Shown here: in pieces, positions 52,930-64,000 of the stretch
How positions within the stretch are numbered: the stretch's first letter is position 1
Layout of the letters: each line of letters begins with the position of its first letter
NCBI RefSeq assembly: GCF_035084215.1
Contig: NC_090337.1
Coordinates: 25,296,001 to 25,360,000 of the forward strand
DNA length: 64,000 nt
Direction of reading: 5' to 3'
Source: Heptranchias perlo
Taxonomy: Eukaryota
Position numbers and translations under genes: made by a program
Notes under the pieces: model-generated
Databases searched by the model: none
Told to the model about the DNA's origin: nothing
The model's input: only the letters and a program-made list of their open reading frames with translations

Positions 52930-53105
52930 AATAGGAACATAGGAACAGGAGTAGGCCATTCAGCCCCTCGTGCTTGCTCCGCCATTTGATAAGATCATGG
53001 TTGATCTGTGATCTAACTCCATATACCTGCCTTTGGCCCATATCCCTTAATACCTTTGGTTGCCAAAAAGCTATCTATCTCACATTTAAATTTAGCAATT
53101 GAGCT
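52930..53105 (-). mobile_element. CR1 3'-end fragment
   Basis: ATAGGAACATAGGAACAGGAGTAGGCCATTCAGCCC is the reverse complement of a CR1 tail. Confidence 0.75.
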
Positions 53106-53447
53106 AATGGATTATTACATACAAGAGTTCAGAATTAAATTAGACTGACTGTCAATTTGGATGATGTGCTTGAATGTGCTGTTTTCTTTGTTTTGCCTGT
53201 ATATAATTGGGAATCTTGTTGCCTACATGCATATCATTTTAGTTATTCACAATTAAAAATAACAAACTATTAAGAATTTAATTTAAGATCATTGGAGAGA
53301 TTTAACGTGTTATACTTACAATATGCGCTACACTTGCGCATTCTAATTTCCTTATGAAATTGAGTGCCACTGTAGACATAAGCACTATTATGTACTCTAT
53401 ACATGTCTGCATACGTATAGTGGTGGTCTGACATTTGAAATGGCTTG

Positions 53448-56400
53448 TGTAACAGTGAGAGAGGGATGATATGTGAGCCATAGGCTTTTGAGAGCTCTCT
53501 ATATCTGCTATAGGGGTACAGCTTTAAGAAATTGTATAAAATGTCAGAATGATCTATAAATCTCTAAAGGGAATAAGGTCAATCAGGAACGACTAACTTT
53601 GTAGTTTACGGACCCTACTTGTTCCACAATATCATTTGGGCCCTGCCATTGAGCCACCAGTTTGCTCCCGGTCGTTGGAACCAGAAGCAAAATTTGGTCG
53701 CCCTAACGGAACTGCCTCACCCTGGCCTGCTTATTGTAGTAGATCCATTGGTTTTCTTGGGCCTTTTTCAGGTGATCCCCTACTATAGGAGTGACTATCT
53801 CCACCCTCTCCTTCATTTTCTACCATATTCTGAGAGGGGCTATTCTGTTTCTCCCATTCCTCCCTAATAACATCTAGAAGCCCACAAGGTTACCTCCCAT
53901 AGAGAAGCTCGAAAGGTGAAAACTCTGTGGTGGCCTGTGGAACTTCTCGAATTGCAAACGTTAGGTATAATAAGAAGGCATCCCAGTTCTTGCCAGCCCC
54001 CTCTACTACTTTCTTTAGCATACTTTTCAAAGTTTTATTGAAACGCTCTATCAACCCATCGATCTGGGGATGATATACCAAGGTTCGTTGAGCCTTCATC
54101 TTTAACAATGCACATAGGTCTCCCATCAGTTTGGATATAAACGGAGTCCCCTGATCTGCCGGAAACTCTTTTGGAATTCCTACCCTGAAAACGCCCATAC
54201 CAATTCATTGGCAATGCTTTTTGATGCCATATTCCATAAGGGAATAGCCCCCGGATACCTGGTTGCATATTCAACTATCACTAGAATATACTGATATCCC
54301 TTGGCAGACCTACCCAAAGGCCCCACCAGGTCCATTGCATTTCTTTCGAATGGTACATCGATTATGGGTAGGGGGATCAACAGAGCGTGAAGATGAGGTT
54401 TAGGTACTGCCAATTGACATTCTGGACAGGAATTACAGTACAATTGAACTTCTTTATAAATCCCTGGCCAAAAAAATTGTCGTAAGATTTTTCTCCTGGG
54501 TTTTTTCTATCCTGAGATGCCTGCCCAACAAGTGTTTATGGGCCAGATCAAATACTAGCTGTCACAAGGGTTTTGGAACCAATAGTTGTTCTGTCTCTAC
54601 CCCGTGCTCACTGGCCACCCTCTACAACAAATCATTCTCAATTATATAGTAAGGCCCAGCCCTTTTTAATTTACCTTCCACCAGGTGTCTATTAACTGAT
54701 ACCATTTCGGTTTTTACGTTCTGAAAAGCTGGGTCATTAGCTGGTTCCCATTTAAAATCGGTCATATTTATGGGAAACTCCTTTAGGGAGTCTTTCCTTC
54801 TCCTAAGATGATCCTTTCAGGAACCTTCTCCCTCTGTGTCCGATAGAGGTGCTCTATTAGTGGAAGGAGTCTTAAGTTGATCTCCTACTAAAATAGTTGG
54901 GATCTATTCTTTAGCTCCTCGAGCCTTATCACACCTCTGCTCTCTTAGATTTTCATTTCTTCCCAATCCCCTGAAATGTGTCAGGGTCCTCTAAGGGAAA
55001 ATTTTGAGCAAACTCCATGGGCATATTCTGAACCTTGTTTTTAATGAGGGCTTCAAATTCCGGAAGATCTCTTCCCAGGATCACCAGTTGAGGGAGGCCA
55101 GGGACGACTACGGTGGCAATCTCCTGTCTTTTCCCGACATACTCTAAAGCCACCATAGTGGTGGGGTAATACTGCACATTCCCATGCATGCACCAGACCC
55201 CTGTTTCTGATCCATGAAGTGACTGGGAAGGTCGGACCAGATTGGCGGCTACCAAGGTCACAGTGCTACTGGAATCAGTCAGTGTAGTGACCTCTTTACC
55301 ATTTATCTTTATGGGTTTTAAAAAAAAAATGGGTGGCCTCCACATGGCTCACAGTTTGCACTATGCCAATCATATAATCCTCTCCAGGGACTGAGTTCTG
55401 GTTTCCCAGACTCCAGTCCATAGATTCCCCAGTGTTCGGACATTGTCTTGCAATATGCCCTAACCCATCACAATGGTAACACCCTAACAGCTTATTAGAT
55501 TTAACATTTTTAACTTTATCAAAAATGTTACAATGTCCCTTCACACCTTCTTGCTCCACTTCAGCACCTTCCTTCAGTCTTATCGGGATCTCCGTGGTTC
55601 TTTGAGGTAGGAGGATGCCATAGGGTCCTAGAGGAGACGTCTACTCGATCGCGAACCAGTTCCTTCACTGCCTGATGTCACTCTACTGTGGCAGTCCACT
55701 CCTGGGTGTCTGCCGGCTCTTTGTCCGATTCATCTCCTGACATTCGGGGATAGAGCTCAGATGAACCGGCCCGTGACAGCCAGCTCTACGAACTTTGCCA
55801 GGTTATTTGTCTCAGGCTGCAGCCATTGCCATGCCAGGTGTATCAGGTCATATATCTGTGATCTTGGAGCTTTCCCCACCTCGTAGGTCCAGGCTTGAAA
55901 CCGTGGAGCTCTCACCATGGGGGTTACTCCAGTACAGGCCAGGATTTCCTCCTTCAGCGTCTGGTAATCAGCTGCATCTGCCAGTTCCAAGTCAAAGTAT
56001 GCCTTTTGGATGTCTCCTACTGAAAAAGGAGCCACAATCCCTGCCCACTGTTCTTTTGGCCACTTTTCCTGCTCTGCACATCGTTCGAAGACCAGAAGGT
56101 ACACCTCCTCTTAGTGTCTGGGGTCATCTTTTGCATTACCAAGCTAGGCCGGATAGGCTGCAGGTCTGTCGTCTTGGGTCCTCCCGACGCCAGTCTCTGC
56201 TTCAAATTCTGGATCTCGGCCTCATTTCTTTCCACTGTCACCTTTGTGATCCGATTCATTTCTTGTTGGAGTTCCTGTTGTGCCAATATGGCCTGCATGA
56301 ATGCTCTCCTCATTTCCCCCATGATGGTGGATCTTGGCCTTTCTCAGAGTCCCAAATTCCACTTCTAACACTGTGCAACAAGCTTAAGCAGGCCCAGGAC

Positions 56401-56732
56401 CCAGTGGTCAATTAGTAATGTTCAAAACAAGTGAGGTTTATTCACCCATGGCTGTTTTGTCTTTGAGTGCAGAGATAAAACAGTAACGGCGATTACCCCA
56501 TACTGATTCTTAGCTCCAGCCTCTCCCCAACTGAACCATTTCCCTGTCTTTTGTCTTTCCAGGCTGGAAGTCGTTCCTGATTGACCTTAATTGCCTTTAA
56601 AGATTTCTTATAGATGTACCACCTCGGTCATTCTGACATATTATACAATTTCTTAAAGCTGCACCCCGATAGCGGATACAGACCTCTCAAAAGCCTTTGG
56701 CTCTCATATCGTCCCTCTCTCACACTGTTACA
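53448..56732 (-). mobile_element. Decayed Gmr1-like gypsy LTR retrotransposon (LTR-PBS-gag/SCAN-CCHC-protease-integrase, no RT) with an inverted partial LTR at its 3' end
   Basis: SCAN-like gag 55757-56322, CYHCDGLGHIARQC, LTDSSS protease, integrase (CPECQ, DLVGP, DQGTPF, YHPQIDGLIERFN, WQGP); LTR 56374-56732; PBS-like 56356-56373. Confidence 0.88.
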
Positions 56733-57374
56733 CCCTGGAACATGCTATGTATATTGGGAGGGTATCTTTAGACTCAAATTTTTTGAACCCCAAAATTAAA
56801 AATACCCCAATTAAAATGAATTACGAACTCAGTGCTGAACTAGGACAAAATTCTAGATACAAGATTAAATGCAAGAGATTGAGATCAGAGAGCAAGAGAA
56901 ATTTCAGAGGCTGTGAAATTCACTTCCAGGGTTAGTGGTTGAGGCAGAAACTATACTGACATTCAAGATGAGATTGGATGAAGGGTAAGGAGTTGAAGAC
57001 ATATGGGAACAGGACATGTAAATGTGATAATAGGACTATTTGCTCATGTGGAGGGTAAACACAAACATGGACTGTTGAGCCAATTGGTCTGTTTATGTTG
57101 TAACTCCTATGTATTAAAGCAGCTTGGTATATATTTGTGCCCTCTGATCTAAAGGATGTTACCTCGGGGAGTAGTATGGTTAAATCTATAATAAATGTTC
57201 TACCCTGCCCCAGCACTTGGACTCTATATTAGACCAGTGTGATATTTTCTATTTCGAACACCATCCATGGCTAGCTTTTCTAAGTGATATTGCCATATAG
57301 TACCAAATTAGGAAGTTTGTGCTGTGGGTCCATGCCTGCTAGAAATTGAGTTCCGTACTGTTCATACTTATTTC

Positions 57375-57720
57375 ACAACAGCAACTTGCATTTATATTAC
57401 ACCTTTACTGTAGAAAAATGTCCCACGGTGATTCAGAGGCATGAAGAAAATTGATGCCAAGCCAAAGAAGGAGAATTAGCTGGGGTGACCAAAAGCTTGG
57501 TCAATGAGATGGATTTTGAGGATTAGAGGAATATGGAGGGGTGTAAGGAGGGAATTCCAGAGAGTGGAACTGAGATGGCTGCAAGCATGGCTGTCAGAAA
57601 TAAGGCGAATAAAGGTGGGCTTGCAAAAGAAGCTGGAGTTTGGGAGGGTTTAGTAAGACTGGAGGAGGCTAGAGAGGTAGTGTGGGACAAGGCCATAGAG
57701 GAAATTATTTTGTACTCGCT
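57375..57720 (-). mobile_element. L2-type 3' fragment
   Basis: AACTTGCATTTATA tail and GGGAATTCCAGAG signature. Confidence 0.6.
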
Positions 57721-58029
57721 AGACAAAGGAAATTGAGCTCAGAGGTGAAGGAGGGTATGTTAATCCACTGCACCATCCAGTTACTGAGCTTTCATTTGTC
57801 TTTTTTTCCACTTTCTGTGTTCCCTTGTGAGCAATATTTGTCAGATATTTAAGCTTCAGCGTTTAATTGTTGGAAGACAGTATTTTTGTGAGTTTGATAG
57901 CCATCGTGACATTACAGTATGGCTGCAAGAAGGGATTGGCAACTTCAATTCTTTAATGCATGGCAGTGGGTAGTCTTGATTTGGTTCATGTGACCATTGT
58001 TTAATGAGATTGTCATTTCTTTATTGTAG

Positions 58030-58235
58030 CAAAATGCATTGATCATTACACAAAGCTTCGTGTTGAAAATAGAGATCTACCTGATGGTGAGGAGAAATCT
58101 ATTGACCCTCGATTAGAAGGTATTGTGAATAAGATGTTTCAACGCTGCTTTGATGACCACAAATACAAACAGGCAATTGGCATTGCTCTAGAGACCAGAC
58201 GGCTTGACGTCTTTGAGAAAGTGATTCTTGAATCC
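58030..58235 (+). CDS. PSMD1: PSMD1 exon 5
   Basis: (A)[13 protein letters not shown]...[25 protein letters not shown]. Confidence 0.96.
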
Positions 58236-58581
58236 GTGAGTATGTCTTGTTTTAACATTGCCATTTATGATTTATTACACACTTGCTTCTCTCTTTCCAC
58301 CCCCTCTCCAAAAAGGTAATTCAGTATTGGCCTTTATTGTTGTCATATAATTAATGCTGAAGTTTTAGTAAACCTGTCTTGTGGAAGTTTTAAAATAGTG
58401 TTCCTGGAGGGAAGATCTGTTGATGTAGTCTTTAGTTAACAAATTTTGTTAATTGCGGATGGCATGTCATCAGTTTGTAAGCCTTTACGTTTTTTTGACA
58501 AACACAGTTTGCTTAATATTAAGTCCCAAGGAAGCCATGTGTTGAGATACTACCATATTTAACTGTACTGTTTCTTCACAG

Positions 58582-58725
58582 AATGATATCTCTGGGATGC
58601 TTGCGTACAGTGTGAAAGTATGCATGTCACTGATGCAGAATAAGCAATTCAGAAATGAAGTCCTGCGTGTTCTGGTCAAACTCTATATGAATCTGGAAAA
58701 ACCAGACTTCATTAATGTGTGTCAG
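58582..58725 (+). CDS. PSMD1: PSMD1 exon 6
   Basis: [48 protein letters not shown]. Confidence 0.96.
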
Positions 58726-59776
58726 GTAATACCATTTTAACCATATATCTATATAAGTCTTGCCTATGGTGCACACTTCCTGTCCACAAACCTTACTTCC
58801 TGATAGATTTTTGATAATGCTTTGATAGTAACGCTCATAATTGAAACTAACCTATGTAAACACTTACCTGTCATGATGTAGTTGCAGACTTCCCACCATT
58901 GGTGACACCATGGTACCTCCCCATTCCTGTCCCAATTGTTTGACCTTTGCCCACTGTTCCAGACTTTAGGGCTGTTCCTGTACCCATTTCCCCCCTCTGC
59001 CCTGCTGGCCCTTCTTGTAGCCCCCACTCCGACTCTTCCAGGCCACCTGCTGTCATGCCAGCTATTAAAGCTAGTTAAAAAATGTTGATGCTGCCTGGCT
59101 CGACTATCCTGGTCTGCCCTGTCCTGGCACTCCAGGCCTTTAATTTTTTTTTCTTGGCCTGCCCATCCAGGGAGAAAGAATGTGGGTAAGAGATTGCAAA
59201 GAGAGATAGGGTGGAGAAAAGTTAGGTGTATGATATGATTAAAAGTCTTGCATATGCTGCGCACTTCCTGTTCTCAAACCTTACTTCCTTTTGTTACGAT
59301 TTTCTGTCGCCCCTTTTATGTCAACTTTTTAAAATACCAGAACCCTATCTCAATGTTTTATGATGGCAAAAAAATCTGAAAATGATGTAATAGTAAAAGC
59401 CCATCTGCCTGTTATGCTGTAGTTGGAGGCATGCTGAGCAACCAGCACCACCTGGTGGCAACTCTTACCACCATTTTGTTTTTAAACATTTTTTTCCCCT
59501 GCTGTTCATGCTGATGATATGGTGTTCCAAATGTTCAGTACGGACAAGACACGTATTTGTAAATTTGAATTTATTGTAGATGAAAGTTTGCACTAAAGAT
59601 GTTTTTGTATAGTTTGACATTTAGGAGAGGTAGTATTGAGATTTCAGACTGTTGATTTTATTACACCCAAAACATGACTTAAAAATTTGGTGTTAAACAT
59701 TTTCCTACAGCACTAAGTTTGAGTATGTTTTAAATGCCAGCAGGTGGCACACTTGTGCTATTACCTATGCCCCTGA

Positions 59777-60094
<318 letters not shown>

Positions 60095-61199
60095 TAAAGT
60101 TGCTATACACAAAGTCACAGTGGATACAAATTTAATTGTATTTTCTGGTAATCAGCTTTATATTGATAAACTTTCAGTGATTGTTTAGTAACAATGTTGA
60201 TAGGCATATAGCATATAGAATGACAAACGCTTGAAAATCCTCATTTGACTCCACAAATATAATAATAACTAAAAGACAGTAATCACTTCCAGATATATTT
60301 TCCTTTCGCTAACTTTAGTGAAAAAGCAGTGTTACCTGCAGAAATATCCAATCTGCCTCTGAATCAGGAAACTGCATGTCATGTACGGAACAGGAAGGTA
60401 CCAGCTTTGTATTTTTGTGTTGGGTTAACTCAACACCACCAAGGCAATGGCACTGCATTTAGCCTATCGACATTTTTGCGTGCATCAACATCTGACATCT
60501 GTGATTTCAGACCTGTCAGCATGAGGGCATGCAACAGCTATGCTGTTGAAATAGCTATTGAGTAATGAGCGATATCTTGACAAGAAGATATTCTGACCTT
60601 GTATATAGTGAAAGGGCAATTGTGGTATAGAGAGGACATACATTCAGGGTTTGGAGGCTATTGCCTCTGCAGTGTTAATGAATTTTGGGAGGTATTGTAC
60701 CATAGCCTGCATATCACTGTATTGCATTTAAATGGCAGAGTGACTGTTGCCCTACAAGAATGGTGTAGGTATATTTGGAGGTTATGTAATTTTATATTGA
60801 AATGTTGAAATATGCAGTAGAAAATTGCGTTCTGATTATTTTGCAGTCTATATTGTGTCAAATGCAAAAGGATTAGATTTGGCTTAATGGAAAAAGTTGT
60901 GGCTTCAAACCCCACTCCAGAACTTGAGCACAAATTACATTGTCTTCCTGTGGATACATCATTTGTTTAACACTGTTCTCCAGAAGTGCAACTGTAGTGT
61001 GTCAGTATTTGAATGTACTGTAATGTTAAAGGAATGAAAAATTGTGTAGATGTTGGGTGTATCAGAGCTTGTTACATTTTTATCTCCCCTTCTGTACTCA
61101 ATTGTATATAGAAATGGGAGACTAATGTAGTCCATAGGGGAAACCCAGAGATTAAAAACTCAAGACTGTTCCTTCCCTTTATAGCTGAGCTTTGAACAT

Positions 61200-61835
61200 T
61201 AAACAACAACTTGCATTTATATAGTGCCTTACATAGTAAGAATGGTCCAAGGCACTTCACAGGAGCGTAAATCAGACAAAATTTGGCACCAAGCCTCATA
61301 GAGATATTAGGACAAGTAACCAAATGCTTGGTCAAAGAGGTATGTTTTAAGGATCTACTTAAAGTAGGAGAGATAGATAGGGAAGGAATTCCAGAGCTTA
61401 GGGCCTAGGTAGCTGAAGGCACAGCCACTAATGCTGGAGCGATGAAAATCGGGGATGCGCAAGAGGCCAGAATTGGAGGAGCGCAGAGATCTCAAAGGGT
61501 TGCAGGGGGTTACCGAGATAGGGAGGGGCGAGGCCATTGAGGGATTTGAACACAAGAATGAGAATTTTGAAATCGAGGCATTCCCAGACCAGGAACCAAT
61601 GTAGTTAGCAAGCACAGGGGTGAGCAGATTTGAAAAAAATGTCTTTACACGGAGGTTGGTGAGAATGCGGAATTCTCATTGCTGAAGCTGAGTCCATAAA
61701 TGCTTTTAAAAGGCAGTTAGATAGTTGTTTGAAAAGAGAAATATTAATTGGTGGAGGAGTGGGATTAGACAAGATGGTTTGTGGAGGAATGAATTGGCAC
61801 AGACTTGTTTCTGAGTTGTAATGTTCTATGATTCT
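61200..61835. mobile_element. L2-type 3' end (-) abutting a CR1 tail (+)
   Basis: CAACAACTTGCATTTATATAG tail; CAFSYLGPKLWNSF; CR1 tail ending TTCTATGATTCTA. Confidence 0.7.
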
Positions 61836-62336
61836 AAGCATGGTAGAAAAAAGGTGAGAGAGAAAGGATGAAATAAAGATTTTGGGGAATGGAGACTGAA
61901 GGCAGGTTTGATGAGAAAGGTTGTGAAGGAGACTTTTAAAGGCAGGGAGGAAGCTAAATGTTGGGAGGGAGCTGAAGAGGGCAGGGTGTAATTGCTATCG
62001 GAACAGGCACTGATGGTGAAAGAAGGAAAGAACTTGCATTTATATCGCGCCTTTCCTGACCTCAGCACATCCCAAAGTGCTTTGCAGCCAATGAAGAACT
62101 TTTGAAGTGCAGTCACAGTTGTAATGTAGGAAATGCAGCAGCCAATTTGCTCACAGCAAGCTCTATCAGAAATAAATGACCAATTAAAGTGTTTTTAGTG
62201 ATGTTAATTAAAGGATAAATATGAAGCAAACCAAGAAGAGAGATTATTCAAACTTTAAATAGATCAATTGTTTTGTTTAATGATCAAGCTTCTGATATTT
62301 TTCTATGATAACTAATATTTTGAATTCGATCTCCAG

Positions 62337-62403
62337 TGAAGCAATGGAGACGGAGGAAAAATTGGGAAACTCTCCAGTAGCATCTGTGAAAACAACAGAA
62401 TTG
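62337..62403 (+). CDS. PSMD1: PSMD1 exon 8 (gene continues beyond the window)
   Basis: CTCCAG acceptor; (S)EAMETEEKLGNSPVASVKTTEL; GTGAGA donor. Confidence 0.85.
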
Positions 62404-64000
62404 GTGAGAGGATAAAGAGGACTGTACTGTGTTTCCCCTCCTTCCCCCCCACCTTCCTTTCTATTTACCCATTGTGGGATCTTGCTCTGCTATGTGATTT
62501 CTCCAAGCAAGATGATTTGTCTGAGGCCTCCTGCAATGCCAATTGTAGCAGGCTGCTGGGTGATGCACGGTAGTAACTTTGAATCGCTGGCTTTCCGATT
62601 TTGTTCTCTGTCTGAAAGGTGTCATGTTTCAAGATATTTTGATAATTTTTCCAAAGAAAGGATTTGAAAATTAGTTACTTTTTAATGTTTAGTTTTCAGT
62701 AAAGTGTGTTCATGTTTGTCTTTTTAAGAAGTGTTGAGATGAAAAGTGGTTAATATGCCAAATGGAAGTTGTTTTCCCTCCAAGACTAAACAAGCAATGT
62801 ATTAGCTTGTCTGCATAATTGAGAAACACCAATTGTGTTGGAAATTCCTCTGGTCCCTGTCCGTGCCTACATCTCTTTTTATATTAAAAAAAATCTCCTT
62901 CAGAGATTTTTCGAAATGAAGGCTGCAAGAACAGTCAAGTTTGTTAAAGAGAAAGCTGAGAGAGGACTTGCTGAGATGAAAAGGTTAGAAATACTGGAGG
63001 CTAGCTAGAAGCCATCTTGTTTACGCCAAGTAATACGACCCACTGATATGGGCTAGCGTACTTTGCAATTGTGCAAAGAGAAGTAGTATGGATTGAATTA
63101 AGTTATTCCAGCCATAAAGGCTGTTCTGTATGTTCATCTTACTATGAAGTAAATTAGCTTATTGATTGGCATCAAGCCTCATCTTCCCAAATGTTTGCTT
63201 GGTTCGCCTTTGGAGGGATTGAAGAAGTATTTGCAAAATTTGAGATTAGCCAGTCCAGATCAAAAGGGGATGCTTTTCTTACATTGCTGGGTTACATTAT
63301 TGTATAAGTAGGGTAGTGTGGGTCAACTCCCATGAAAGACATTCAGACCACTTATAGGAGTGACTGACACCACTGAACCCGGGAAGGTATCTGTGGCAGA
63401 CCTGAATTTGTAACACTTGAACTCTATTTGCTTTTTAACCATGAAAATTTGATATGGCATTATGTTTGGAATCAGAAGCTCAGTGTATAGATTGTGGGCA
63501 CAGACCCACATCCTAAGACTCTGGCATTCATTAGGGGAGGTTTTTTTTTATTATGGTCACTGACCAGTTTAGGAAACCACTAATAAAAAGTGCCTATCTT
63601 GTCAATAAATTTGTACTTTCAATCAATTTGTTTGCTACTGTGGATGACGGTGGACGGGAGCAAATGTCGATAACTTCCTGAGATGGGGGATTTTTCTTTT
63701 TGTCTAGCCAATACGAAGTAAAATATGCAAAATAGTTTTATGTTCCAACAAGATGTCTTGTATTTTGTACAATCCAATCAGCATTGGTTACCTAACATTA
63801 TTTACTGGCATATAGAGATTTTAGAAATGTACAAAACTGGTCCAATCCAGAGATTTAAACAGGTGGAGTTTTTTTGGAACTTTTTTTTAAATGGCACCCA
63901 TGAGGCATTGGAACCTCCTCCCCCTCCCCTACCTGCCCTCATGTTTTGTGTCAGAGGGGAAAGATTGATCTTAGAAACAGAGCAGGGAGGCATTGGTTTA

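Overview
Eukaryotic, repeat-rich vertebrate DNA, most likely a cartilaginous fish (inferred from the CR1/L2/Penelope/Deu-SINE repeat landscape). Three intron-containing genes can be reconstructed on the + strand. RPL35A is complete (5'TOP first exon plus 4 coding exons, 110 aa). A 3-exon C2orf72-like gene (305 aa) follows, and its exons 2-3 are missed by the ORF track. The last is the first 8 exons of PSMD1/Rpn2 (316 codons, continuing beyond the window). Most other ORFs are transposon remnants or low-complexity artefacts. Main unusual features: (1) tiny TSD-flanked Penelope-derived insertions carrying minimal hammerhead ribozymes, including a perfect 91-bp-arm palindrome with a ribozyme on each strand; (2) a Gmr1-like gypsy element (gag-PR-IN, no RT) whose 3' end is an inverted copy of its own LTR start, giving TG..CA terminal inverted repeats; (3) the C2orf72-like protein looks like a degenerate Ras-fold pseudo-GTPase with a Cys/polybasic segment; (4) a candidate intronic H/ACA RNA in RPL35A; (5) a 1.8-kb polypyrimidine satellite. 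All homology calls are from recall; no searches were run, and repeat boundaries are approximate.
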